NCBI GenBank assembly: GCA_017446845.1
Contig: JAFSOQ010000055.1
Span: 983 to 64,982, forward strand
From: Selenomonadaceae bacterium
GTDB taxonomy: Bacteria > Bacillota > Negativicutes > Selenomonadales > Selenomonadaceae
Length of the DNA stretch: 64,000 nucleotides
Reading direction: 5' to 3'
Shown piece after piece: positions 1-8,565 of this stretch (within the stretch, counting starts at the first letter, position 1; each line of letters opens with the position of its first letter). The translations under genes were made by a program, and so were the position numbers. The notes beneath the pieces were generated by a model, which did not search any database, was not told the origin of the DNA, and worked only from the letters and a program-made list of their open reading frames with translations.

Positions 1-728
1 ATTTCGGACAAACGACCTTGAACTTTGCCGGTGAATTGTTTTTCTTGCCCGTTTGCCAGCGGCATTGAACCGATAGTACCTGCGGCGGCTTGCAAGTTTT
101 GTTCGTTAATGGCGGCGGCAACTTCGGCAATCGTCAAGTCAAGCTCGGCAAGTTTGTCGGGATTGAGCCAAATGCGCATTGAATAATCGGAGCCGAAGAT
201 TTGAACATCACCGACGCCGTCGACGCGCTTAATCTCATCCATAAGATAAATATCGGCGTAGTTTTTCATAAAGGCGCGGTCGTATTCTCCGGTTGGCGAA
301 TACATTGACAGGAACAACGCCATTTCATTTGACGCCTTGCGAGTGGTAACGCCTTGCCGCTGAACGTCGGTGGGCAAGCTTGCGTTTGCAATGGCGACGT
401 TGTTCTGAACTTTAACGGAGTCCATGTCGCCGTCGGTGCCGACTTCAAAGATGACTTGCAAGCTGTAACGACCGGTGTCGTCGCTGTTTGAGCTCATGTA
501 GTCCATGCCGTCGGTGCCGTTTACTTGTTGTTCAATGACCTGCGCTATTGTCTCGTTGACGACACCGGCATTTGCGCCCGTGTAAGTCGTGCTGACAGAA
601 ATTGTCGGCGGAGCAATTTGCGGATATTGCGCGATTGGAAGTTGAAGTGCCGCGAGAATTCCGACGAGCGTAATTATCAAGGCAATAACTATCGCGAATA
701 TCGGTCGATGGATAAAAAATTTTGCCAT
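1..728 (-). CDS. RND (AcrB/HAE1-type) efflux permease, N-terminal ~242 aa; gene continues beyond the left window edge
   Basis: Own minus-strand translation from ATG 728-726 gives MAKFFIHRPIFAIVIALIITLVGILAALQLPIAQYPQIAPPTISVSTTYTGANAGVV..., the canonical AcrB-family N-terminus. GAGGAG lies ~8 nt upstream. It is absent from the ORF track only because it is open-ended. Confidence 0.85.
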   Translation of the reverse strand, partial: MAKFFIHRPIFAIVIALIITLVGILAALQLPIAQYPQIAPPTISVSTTYTGANAGVVNETIAQVIEQQVNGTDGMDYMSSNSDDTGRYSLQVIFEVGTDGDMDSVKVQNNVAIANASLPTDVQRQGVTTRKASNEMALFLSMYSPTGEYDRAFMKNYADIYLMDEIKRVDGVGDVQIFGSDYSMRIWLNPDKLAELDLTIAEVAAAINEQNLQAAAGTIGSMPLANGQEKQFTGKVQGRLSE

Positions 729-741
729 AAGCATTAACTCC

Positions 742-1770
742 TCAGTTTTCAAAATAAATTTTTTCGTCCAAAAGATTTTCTGTCCGCGCCAACACCGTCG
801 TCAAAGCCGTGTTTGAAACGAGATTCACGCAGGTAGCAATTCTGTCGCTCAAAGCGTCAAGACAAAACATCAACGCCGCAACTTCTTCCGGAACGCCGAA
901 GTAGCCGACAATGGTTACAACGCAAATAACGTAAGCCGCAGGAACCGCCGGTGCTCCAAAGGACAATGCCAATGACAAGAAGGAAACCAAAACGACAGTT
1001 TGCAAATCAAGTTCAACGCCGTACATTCGCAAGAACATAAAGCATAAAGTAATAAAATAAATCATACAACCTGCCTGAGGGAGGCTCGTGCCAATCGGAA
1101 TGGCAAATGAAGAAATTTTCGGCGCAATACCAAGTTTATCTGTACATAATTGCATCATGGCGGGCATAACGACGCTTGAACTGCTCGTTGCGAAAGTCGG
1201 CGGTAAAAGTGTGCTGACTTTTGCTGCGAAGAGCTTAAACAAAATTTTCCCGACACGCCAAATAAAAATCATGAAAAAAGTAACCATCACTAAGGCGGCA
1301 ATTAATTGCCCGACAAGCAGTTTTGAAATAATTCCGCAAATCAATCCGCCGACAATGCACGCTATCGTTATAATCGCTTGCGCATTGCTTTTACTGCGGA
1401 CGTTAATCGTGACGATGTTGCAATTTTGTTTGTAGAGCCAATTTAATTTTTGACGATTGGCTTTAAGAATCATCACGGTGAAATAATCGTCGTCGTCGGT
1501 GTCTTCGTTCCAATCGGCGACTTCGACAAGCGGATTGTAAGGCGAATTCTCCGACGTCATTTGTATTTGAACTTTACCGAAAAATTTTTTGAGGACTTGA
1601 ACTTTGACTTGCACGTCTTTGTCTTTGTTGACCATGCGCCAAAAAATTTCTTCAAGCAAAAGTTGAGCCGACAAAATATCTTTTTTCTCGATTTTTAATT
1701 GCTCAAGCTGCGTTTCAAGTTGGTCGGTCATATCCGAAAAATTTTCCGCGTTCATCAAAAAATATTTCAT
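742..1770 (-). CDS. DAACS (GltP / sodium:dicarboxylate symporter)-like transport-domain protein with an unrelated ~130-aa N-terminal region
   Basis: The C-terminal ~200 aa match HP1-TM7-HP2-TM8 of DAACS carriers (ATSSSSVVMPAMM, FAIPIGTSLPQAG, SFGAPAVPAA, LDALSDRIATCVNLVSN). The N-terminal scaffold TMs are missing and the NMDGT-type motif is degenerate. The gene lies between the MFP and RND pump genes. Confidence 0.6.
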   Translation of the reverse strand: MKYFLMNAENFSDMTDQLETQLEQLKIEKKDILSAQLLLEEIFWRMVNKDKDVQVKVQVLKKFFGKVQIQMTSENSPYNPLVEVADWNEDTDDDDYFTVMILKANRQKLNWLYKQNCNIVTINVRSKSNAQAIITIACIVGGLICGIISKLLVGQLIAALVMVTFFMIFIWRVGKILFKLFAAKVSTLLPPTFATSSSSVVMPAMMQLCTDKLGIAPKISSFAIPIGTSLPQAGCMIYFITLCFMFLRMYGVELDLQTVVLVSFLSLALSFGAPAVPAAYVICVVTIVGYFGVPEEVAALMFCLDALSDRIATCVNLVSNTALTTVLARTENLLDEKIYFEN

Positions 1771-1794
1771 TCCCCTAATCTCTAATCACTAAAA

Positions 1795-3075
1795 TCATTT
1801 GCTGCGCAGATTGTCGGGAGCGTTCGGATTTGTATTGGGCGCAGTAAGTCCGGCGTCCGCGTCATAAGTGCTCACGACATTTGCAAGAGTAAAGCCCATT
1901 TCGCCGGGCGTGACGGTTTTAACATCAAGTTCGACGCCTTCGCGCAAATTCGTCAAACCTTCGACGACAACGGTATCGTTCGTGCTGATTCCCTTCGTGA
2001 CGATGAAATAACTTCCGACTTGGTCGCCGAGTTCGACGGTGCGCGCCTCAGATTTATTTCCGTTTCCTACGACCATGACAAAGGATTTTCCCAAAAGTTG
2101 TTGAACGGAACGTTGAGGAACTAAAATTGCATTGGGGAAAACCTCACCGGTAAGTTTGACGCGGGCGAACATGCCGGGCATCAAAAGTCCGCTGGGATTC
2201 GGGAAAATTGCTTTCATAATAAGTGAGCCTGTGCTGTTGGCAAGTTCGCGGTCAACTTCGACGATACGACCCTCGAAAGGATATTCTTTACCGTCGGCAA
2301 GAGTTATCGTCACGGCAATCGGGTTGTGGTCGGATTGCATACCTTGCACTGTCATGAACCGCAGATAATCCGATTCGCTGATTGAAAACTGTACAAAAAT
2401 CGGGTCGGGCGCGCCGAGTGTAACCAAAGTTGTTTGACCTTGCGTCACGAAAGTTCCGACTGCCACATCGTCAACGCCGAGTTGACCTGTCATTGGCGAA
2501 TAAATTTTCGTGTCGTCAAGATTTTCCTGCGCAGTTCTCAAAGCGGCTTGGCAGGCGTAAATTGCCGCCTCGTTAGCCGCACACGTCGCCTCATCTGCGC
2601 GGACTTTTGCTGCTTGAGTTGTGACGACCTGTTCGGGAATTGCCGATTCTTTAAAAAGTTCTTCATCGCGGCGCAGGTCGGTTAAAGAATTGTTGTAAGT
2701 TGCTATCGATTGCTGGAGAACCGCTTCTGCTTGAGCTAAATCGGCTTGCGCTCGGAGCACGGCGGATCTGTACTGTCGTGAATCAATTTGATAAAGCAAC
2801 TGACCTTGTTCGACGAATTGTCCGCCGACAATGTATTTTTCTACGATGTTGCCCGAAACTTTTGATTGAACTTTAACTTCCTCTGTGCCGACAAGATGTC
2901 CCGCGTATTCGCTGGCAAGCGGCGTATCGCGTCGGATAACTTTCATTGCTTTGACTTGCGCCTTTTGAACTTGAGCCTGCTGCTGTTTGTCGTCGCCGCC
3001 GCAGCCGCTGAACATTATCGAAGACGCGGTCAAAACTGCCGCTATTGTCATCAATTTGGCTCTTGATAAAACCAC
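1795..3075 (-). CDS. Efflux RND periplasmic adaptor subunit (MFP/HlyD family) lipoprotein
   Basis: Lipoprotein signal (...SSIMFSGCGG), coiled-coil hairpin and beta-barrel regions typical of AcrA/MexA-like adaptors. It is first in the MFP, DAACS-like, RND gene order on the minus strand. Confidence 0.85.
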   Translation of the reverse strand: MVLSRAKLMTIAAVLTASSIMFSGCGGDDKQQQAQVQKAQVKAMKVIRRDTPLASEYAGHLVGTEEVKVQSKVSGNIVEKYIVGGQFVEQGQLLYQIDSRQYRSAVLRAQADLAQAEAVLQQSIATYNNSLTDLRRDEELFKESAIPEQVVTTQAAKVRADEATCAANEAAIYACQAALRTAQENLDDTKIYSPMTGQLGVDDVAVGTFVTQGQTTLVTLGAPDPIFVQFSISESDYLRFMTVQGMQSDHNPIAVTITLADGKEYPFEGRIVEVDRELANSTGSLIMKAIFPNPSGLLMPGMFARVKLTGEVFPNAILVPQRSVQQLLGKSFVMVVGNGNKSEARTVELGDQVGSYFIVTKGISTNDTVVVEGLTNLREGVELDVKTVTPGEMGFTLANVVSTYDADAGLTAPNTNPNAPDNLRSK

Positions 3076-3142
3076 TTCGACCCCTCCCGTTTCCTCAAAA
3101 AGTTACAAAGGAATTTTAAGGTTTTAGGTGCTAAATGTCAAT

Positions 3143-3171
3143 TTGAACTTGCGCGAATAATGCGCTATAAT
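3143..3171 (+). promoter_or_regulatory. Sigma-70-type promoter for the folate operon
   Basis: TTGAAC (3143-3148), 17-nt spacer, TATAAT (3166-3171), ~12-20 nt upstream of folP. Confidence 0.5.
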
Positions 3172-3182
3172 ACAAAAGGGGG

Positions 3183-4049
3183 ATGATTGTTATGAAAAAG
3201 ATTTTTAACCTGAATGCAGGACGACAAATTAAAATCGGCGGCAAAACTTTAGTGGTGGGAATTTTAAACTTTACGCCCGATTCATTTTCTGACGGCGGAA
3301 AATATTATTCCGTCGACGCGGCAACGGCTCACGTGGCGCAATTAATCGAATACGGCGCGGACATTATTGACTTGGGTGCAGAGTCTACCCGTCCCGGCGC
3401 GACGCCCGTAAGTGTGGATGAAGAAATTTCCCGACTGAGAAAAGTTTTGCCGGCTGTAAGGATTTTCGGTGTGCCGATTTCTATCGACACCTACAAGCCC
3501 GAAGTTGCCGAGTATACTCTGGAAGTCGGCGCGGATATGATTAACGACGTGCACGGCTTGGAGGATTCGCGCATGATTGACGTTGTTAAAAAATACAATG
3601 CGCCAATAATTGCAATGCACAGCGAAAAATGTTCCGAGGGCGATATTATCGAAGACATAAGAAAATTTTTCCGCCGAACCTTGGATCATTGCATCGCCAA
3701 AGATTTTGACACGTCGAAAATTATTTTTGACCCGGGCATCGGTTTCAGCAAGACACCTGCGGAAGATTTGGAGATTATGCGCCGCCTTGACGAGTTGAAA
3801 ACTTTGGACGGGAAAGAAATTCCTTTGACAATCGGTGTAAGTCGCAAAAGTTTCATCGGGCGAATTACGGGACTCAAACTCGACCAACGCGACGAAGCAA
3901 CGGGCGCGCTCTGCGTCTACGCAATTTCAAAAGGTGTCGACATTGTACGCGTCCACAATGTCAAATTGGTTTCGCGAATGTGTTCGATGACTGACATTTT
4001 GTATCAGAAACAATTTTGGGCGCGGCGTCGATTTCCAAAAAGCTTTTGA
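3183..4049 (+). CDS. folP: Dihydropteroate synthase
   Basis: GILNFTPDSFSDGG, DIIDLGAESTRPG, DPGIGF.K and VRVHNV motifs of DHPS. The real start may be the ATG at 3192 (MKKIF), which has better spacing from the GGGGG Shine-Dalgarno. Confidence 0.9.
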   Translation: MIVMKKIFNLNAGRQIKIGGKTLVVGILNFTPDSFSDGGKYYSVDAATAHVAQLIEYGADIIDLGAESTRPGATPVSVDEEISRLRKVLPAVRIFGVPISIDTYKPEVAEYTLEVGADMINDVHGLEDSRMIDVVKKYNAPIIAMHSEKCSEGDIIEDIRKFFRRTLDHCIAKDFDTSKIIFDPGIGFSKTPAEDLEIMRRLDELKTLDGKEIPLTIGVSRKSFIGRITGLKLDQRDEATGALCVYAISKGVDIVRVHNVKLVSRMCSMTDILYQKQFWARRRFPKSF

Positions 4050-4188
4050 CGGCATTTCTTGAACGTTCTTTATCGGCGTCAAAGAAAACGCTTTTGCTAT
4101 CCGTAACTGATGAATTTATTAACTTACGCAAAATCGATTTATTAAGTGTGCGCCTAATGACAGATTTCATAAGGAGGGGAATTTTTTC

Positions 4189-4551
4189 ATGGCTGATACA
4201 ATTTTTTTGACAGGAATTGAAGTTTTGGGGCGGCACGGCTGTTCGGAATCTGAACGGCAACACGAGCAACTTTTTATCGTCGACGTCGAACTTTATTTGG
4301 ATTTGTCGCGGGCGGGCAAAACTGACGACCTCGGTGACACTGTTAATTACGCGCAAGTTCTCACCGATATAAAAAAAATTGTAAGCGGCACTCCGCGTAA
4401 TTTGATTGAGACCGTCGCGGAAGATATTTGCGAAATTTTGTTGCGGAAATATTTTCTGTTGGACGGCTTGAAAATTACCCTTCATAAGCCCGCGCCGCCC
4501 GTCAAGGAAAAATTTTCGGGCGCGGCTGTTCAGATTGTCAGGAACAGATAA
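4189..4551 (+). CDS. folB: Dihydroneopterin aldolase
   Basis: 120 aa. DTIFLTGIEVLGRHGCSESERQHEQLFIVDVELYLDL...DDLGDTVNYAQV is the FolB signature. AGGAGG lies upstream. Confidence 0.85.
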   Translation: MADTIFLTGIEVLGRHGCSESERQHEQLFIVDVELYLDLSRAGKTDDLGDTVNYAQVLTDIKKIVSGTPRNLIETVAEDICEILLRKYFLLDGLKITLHKPAPPVKEKFSGAAVQIVRNR

Positions 4552-4608
4552 TGTTTGTTTGCCCGGTCTTAAATTTCACAGAAAAAATTTTTATCGGAGA
4601 ATCAGCAA

Positions 4609-5610
4609 ATGATTTATTACCTCGGACTTGGTGCGAACCTCGGCGAGTGCAAGAAAACTTTGCGTCGGGCTATCGAAAGCATAAAAAAAATTCCCGCCGT
4701 TAAACTGTTGCGGGTGTCGTCATTCTACGAAACTGAACCTTGGGGCGTCGAAAATCAACCGGATTACATCAACGCCGCCGTAAAAATTTCCACAACTCTT
4801 GAGCCGCTCACTTTACTCGACGAATTGCAGCGCATTGAATTTGAACTCGGAAGAATTCGCCGCAAACATTGGGAGGCGCGAATCATTGATATTGACATTC
4901 TTTACGGTGAAAAAATTTCTTGCGAGCGTTTGACTGTGCCGCATAAATTTCTTTTTGACCGTGACTTTGCATTGATTCCGCTTAAAGAAATTTTCCCGAC
5001 GTTTGAATTTAAACTTCACGGCGACAAAGTTTTTTTGACTGATGGTTCGCCCGTCGATTTTAAATTTAAACTCGTTGCCTGCGTCAATAAAAATTTCGGG
5101 CTTGGTCGAAACGGAAATCTCCTCTTCCGTATTCCCGAAGACTTGAAAAATTTTCGCCGCCTCACGCTCAATCACACGATTATTTTCGGGCACAATACTT
5201 TAAAAACTTTTCCGAATCAAAAACCGCTTGACGGACGCAGAAACATTATCTTGAGCCGCTCCTTGGAAAAAATTTCGGGCGCGGCAGTCGTCGGCAGTGT
5301 CGAAGAACTTTTTGGCGTGCTCAATTCGGCAGAAAATAATTTCGTCATAGGCGGCGGCAACGTGACGTTGCATCCAATGGACGCGTCCAATCTTTCAACG
5401 GCAATAACAATTCCCCGCGCTCGAACAGATAATTTCGTTATCGGTGGCGAGCAGATTTTTAATGAACTCATTCCATACGCCGAAGAAATATTTTTATCCG
5501 TCGTCGATGAAAATGCTCAAGCCGATAAATTTTTCCCAAGCGTCGACGAATTCACTTTGCGCGACGTGAAAACTTTTGCCGGCTTTGAACTTAGGAGATA
5601 CACTCGATGA
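4609..5610 (+). CDS. folK/folA: Bifunctional HPPK (FolK) / dihydrofolate reductase (FolA) fusion, with a 31-aa repeat-derived insertion in the DHFR domain
   Basis: The N-terminal half has HPPK motifs ([26 protein letters not shown]). The C-terminal half is DHFR ([54 protein letters not shown]). The VIGG motif occurs twice around an insert. Confidence 0.85.
   Translation: MIYYLGLGANLGECKKTLRRAIESIKKIPAVKLLRVSSFYETEPWGVENQPDYINAAVKISTTLEPLTLLDELQRIEFELGRIRRKHWEARIIDIDILYGEKISCERLTVPHKFLFDRDFALIPLKEIFPTFEFKLHGDKVFLTDGSPVDFKFKLVACVNKNFGLGRNGNLLFRIPEDLKNFRRLTLNHTIIFGHNTLKTFPNQKPLDGRRNIILSRSLEKISGAAVVGSVEELFGVLNSAENNFVIGGGNVTLHPMDASNLSTAITIPRARTDNFVIGGEQIFNELIPYAEEIFLSVVDENAQADKFFPSVDEFTLRDVKTFAGFELRRYTR
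5357..5427 (-). repeat. Copy (a) of a dispersed ~70-95-nt repeat family, inserted in frame in the DHFR-coding region
   Basis: It starts with GCAACGTGACGTTGCATCC. The 18 nt CAACGTGACGTTGCATCC are identical to the reverse complement of 9868-9885, and TCCCCGCGCTCGAAC matches 13 of 15 positions of rc(9815-9829). It is flanked by 22-nt direct repeats (5335-5356 and 5428-5449, 4 mismatches) offset by exactly 93 nt. Confidence 0.6.
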
Positions 5611-6305
5611 GAAAAATTTTTAAAAATGATTGGGCGGAACTTTTGAACGACGAATTGAACGAGCCGTATTACCGGGAGCTGCGCAAATTTCTGATTGACG
5701 AATACAGCACGAAAAAAATTTTCCCGAACATGTATGACATCTTCAACGCGCTGCACTTCACGAGCTACGCCGACACAAAAGTTGTAATTCTCGGTCAAGA
5801 CCCGTATCACGAGCCGGGACAAGCGCACGGCTTAAGCTTTTCTGTTTTACCGGACGTTCCGCCGCCGCCGTCGCTGATTAATATTTTTAAAGAATTGCGC
5901 GACGACCTCGGCTGTTTTATTCCAAATAACGGTTGCTTGAAACCTTGGGCGGATCAAGGCGTTTTGCTTTTGAATGCGGTCTTGACTGTCAGAGCGCACG
6001 TGGCGAATTCACATCGCGGACACGGCTGGGAAATTTTTACAGATAAAATTATTCGTCTGCTCAACGACCATGAACGCCCGCTTGCATTTATTCTTTGGGG
6101 ACGACCTGCGCGGAGTAAAAAGAGCATGATAACCAATCCGCGTCATTTTATCGTTGAATCGGCTCACCCCAGTCCGTTATCGGCGAGCGGAGGATTTTTC
6201 GGCAGCAAACCTTTTTCACGCGTCAATAAATTTCTCGAATCAATCGGCGAATCACCAATCGAATGGCAAATACCTGATATTAAGGGACAAGGAACAAGTT
6301 TTTAA
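5607..6305 (+). CDS. ung: Uracil-DNA glycosylase (family 1)
   Basis: [22 protein letters not shown] and HPSPLSA motifs. There is a 4-nt ATGA overlap with the folK/folA stop. Confidence 0.92.
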   Translation: MRKIFKNDWAELLNDELNEPYYRELRKFLIDEYSTKKIFPNMYDIFNALHFTSYADTKVVILGQDPYHEPGQAHGLSFSVLPDVPPPPSLINIFKELRDDLGCFIPNNGCLKPWADQGVLLLNAVLTVRAHVANSHRGHGWEIFTDKIIRLLNDHERPLAFILWGRPARSKKSMITNPRHFIVESAHPSPLSASGGFFGSKPFSRVNKFLESIGESPIEWQIPDIKGQGTSF

Positions 6306-6328
6306 TTCCTCATTCCTCATTCCTCATT
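6305..6328. repeat. Tandem heptad repeat (ATTCCTC)x3.4; GAGGAAT on the minus strand
   Basis: Read directly: attcctc attcctc attcctc att, immediately after the ung stop. Confidence 0.8.
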
Positions 6329-6346
6329 GATAGAAAGGAGCTGCAC

Positions 6347-6712
6347 ATGACGAAGCAAAATATTTCGCGAATTCTTTTGGCAGTCTTGATTATCTCAAAT
6401 GTTTATCTGCTTTGGCGCGTTCATTCCAACACAATGTCGATTGCCTCTTACGACGCCGGAATTAATCAGCGCACGGGCGTCGGTCAGCTTGAAAGTTTTT
6501 GGACAAAATATATCGGCGGCTCCAAAGGTTTTGGAACTTACGAGGACAGGCAGCGAGCCGAATCCGACAGCCAAACTGCCACCACTGTTCTTATAGTTTT
6601 GGATATTGTTCTTATCGGGTCGATTTATTTTCTCAACAGAAAACCTAAGCCGAAGCCCGCGCCCGTTGATGATGATTGGAGAGTTCCGCGCAGAAGTCGC
6701 AGACGCCGTTAA
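6347..6712 (+). CDS. Small membrane protein (2 predicted TM segments, Arg-rich C-terminus), function unknown
   Basis: AAGGAG lies 7 nt upstream. Hydrophobic segments are ILLAVLIISNVYLLW and TTVLIVLDIVLIGSIYFL. It is followed by a terminator. Confidence 0.5.
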   Translation: MTKQNISRILLAVLIISNVYLLWRVHSNTMSIASYDAGINQRTGVGQLESFWTKYIGGSKGFGTYEDRQRAESDSQTATTVLIVLDIVLIGSIYFLNRKPKPKPAPVDDDWRVPRRSRRRR

Positions 6713-6720
6713 AAAATTTT

Positions 6721-6750
6721 CCCCGCCGAAATTTGACGGGGACTTTTTTA
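6721..6750 (+). terminator. Rho-independent terminator
   Basis: CCCCG (6721-6725) pairs with CGGGG (6737-6741), followed by a CTTTTTT run. Confidence 0.6.
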
Positions 6751-6783
6751 TAACTTGATTGGGACAACGTGATGTTGATTTTT

Positions 6784-6847
6784 AGGGATTAGCTTATAGC
6801 TTATAGCTTATAGGCTAATTCCTCCTATCAGATATAAGCTATCAGCT
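6784..6847. repeat. Heptad-repeat hairpin element: (AGCTTAT)x3 enclosed by the inverted repeat AGGGATTAGC / GCTAATTCCT
   Basis: Read directly. agcttat occurs x3 at 6791-6811. The flanking stem has one G:U pair. Partial inverted copies (ataagct, atcagct) lie at 6834-6847. Confidence 0.7.
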
Positions 6848-6893
6848 AAAACGCCGCGCATTGCCAACATAAAAATTTTAAGGAGTTACTTGA

Positions 6894-8483
6894 ATGGAAA
6901 AAGTTTCGCCACTCTTGAAGAATAAAAATTTTCTCTACGCCACGGAATTCTTTTCCGGCATGTCGATAATGGCGGTCGAACTCGGAGCCGCTCGGTTGCT
7001 CGCGCCTTATTTCAGCTCATCGCAAATCGTCTGGACAATTATAATCGGCACGATAATGATTGCGTTGGCTCTCGGAAATGTTTGGGGCGGTCGCCGCGCA
7101 GATTTAGACGCGAATCCCGCGAAACTTTATCGCCGATTGATTTTTGCCGCGCTGTGGATTGGTGCAATTCCCGTGCTCGGAAAATATTTAATCCTTGCGC
7201 TCGCCGGAGTTTTAATCGTCGCAATCGACACCAATCTTTTAATTTGGGCGGCGTTCCTGTCGTGCATGGCGATTTTTGTCTTGCCGCTGTTTTTACTCGG
7301 AACCGTCACGCCGTCGCTTGTAAAATATTCAACCGACAATCTCGAACATAACGGACGAATCGTCGGGAATTTAAACGCGTTCAACACAATCGGCAGCATT
7401 ATCGGAACATTCTTGCCGACTTTCGTGACGATACCCGCCGTCGGCACTGCGATAACTTTTTTGATATTTTCGGGCGTCCTCCTGCTTATCGGAATAATTT
7501 ATTTTGTGAGTATCGGAGCTAAGAAAATTTTCTGCGCGGGAGCCGTCGCGATTTTTATTTTGTGCGGCGTGCTGAGTACTTCGAACAGTTTTGCATTTTG
7601 GGAGAAAAATCTTTTGTACGAGGGCGAATCGATTTACAACTATCTTCAAGTCAAAGATACTCCCGACAAAATTATTTTTTCCACGAATGTTTTATTCGGC
7701 GTGCAGTCGCTCAAAGTCAAAGGCGGCGGCTTAACGGGCATGTATTACGATTATGCGCTGGCGGCTCCGTTGCTTGCCGAAAATAAAAAAATTTTGATTC
7801 TCGGCATGGGCACGGGCACTTTCGCCGAACAATGCAGAAAATATTTTCCGTCCGCAAAAATCACAGGCGTTGAGATTGACGATAAAATTACAATGCTCGC
7901 GAAAAAATATTTTTCCTTGCCCGAAGATGTCGAGGTCGTGACTTATGACGGGCGCGCCTTCCTGCAAGCCGATAAAAATTTTTACGACGTGATTTTGGTC
8001 GACGCCTTCCAAGATATTACAATTCCGTTTCAAATGAGTTCGACGGAATTTTTTACGCTGGTCAAGAATCATTTGACGGCGGACGGAATTTTAGTCGTGA
8101 ATATGAACATGCGGGCGAGCGGCGCAGGCAACATCAACGAATATTTGATTGACACGATTGGGAAAAATTTTTCGGCGGTAAAAATAATCGACGCGCGCGG
8201 CGTGACCAACAGAGTTTTATTCGCGGCGGCTGACGAAAAAATTTTGAATCAACTTAAACCCCGCGCAGAAGTTCTTGACGATGAAAATTTATCGCGGCTG
8301 ATGATTCACATTGCCGACACTTGGACGACGCCCGCGCTCGGAGAAAATATTTTGACTGACGACCGCGCTCCCGTCGAAATGTTGAGCATGAGAGCTTTGG
8401 ATAATCTGATTCAGCAAAATTTGCAACACTACAAAGAAATTTATCGGCGCGAAGGTTTAGACGGAATTTTGAACAGTTTTTGA
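6894..8483 (+). CDS. Fused polytopic membrane domain / spermidine-synthase-like aminopropyltransferase
   Basis: The N-terminal ~230 aa are multi-TM. The C-terminal part has a class I MTase-fold SpeE-like core (ILILGMGTGTFAEQ, VEIDDKI, YDVILVDAFQD). Confidence 0.8.
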   Translation: MEKVSPLLKNKNFLYATEFFSGMSIMAVELGAARLLAPYFSSSQIVWTIIIGTIMIALALGNVWGGRRADLDANPAKLYRRLIFAALWIGAIPVLGKYLILALAGVLIVAIDTNLLIWAAFLSCMAIFVLPLFLLGTVTPSLVKYSTDNLEHNGRIVGNLNAFNTIGSIIGTFLPTFVTIPAVGTAITFLIFSGVLLLIGIIYFVSIGAKKIFCAGAVAIFILCGVLSTSNSFAFWEKNLLYEGESIYNYLQVKDTPDKIIFSTNVLFGVQSLKVKGGGLTGMYYDYALAAPLLAENKKILILGMGTGTFAEQCRKYFPSAKITGVEIDDKITMLAKKYFSLPEDVEVVTYDGRAFLQADKNFYDVILVDAFQDITIPFQMSSTEFFTLVKNHLTADGILVVNMNMRASGAGNINEYLIDTIGKNFSAVKIIDARGVTNRVLFAAADEKILNQLKPRAEVLDDENLSRLMIHIADTWTTPALGENILTDDRAPVEMLSMRALDNLIQQNLQHYKEIYRREGLDGILNSF

Positions 8484-8565
8484 TACAAAACTTGACTAAC
8501 AGGAGTATGATTGATCGCATTGAAGTCACGGAATTTTTCATTGCGATTTGGTTTAGGAGGTTGTC

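Noticed and set aside
3961-4485. 174-aa minus-strand ORF overlapping the folP end and folB
   Set aside because: It is antisense to two motif-verified folate genes and has no recognisable domain.
8484-8565. Looked for a dedicated promoter or small leader ORF in front of the four-gene operon
   Set aside because: TTGACT is present at about 8491, but no acceptable -10 lies at 16-18 nt. The 26-codon ORF starting at 8508 has an SD only 1 nt from its ATG. The operon may be read through from the upstream gene, and this is left unresolved.
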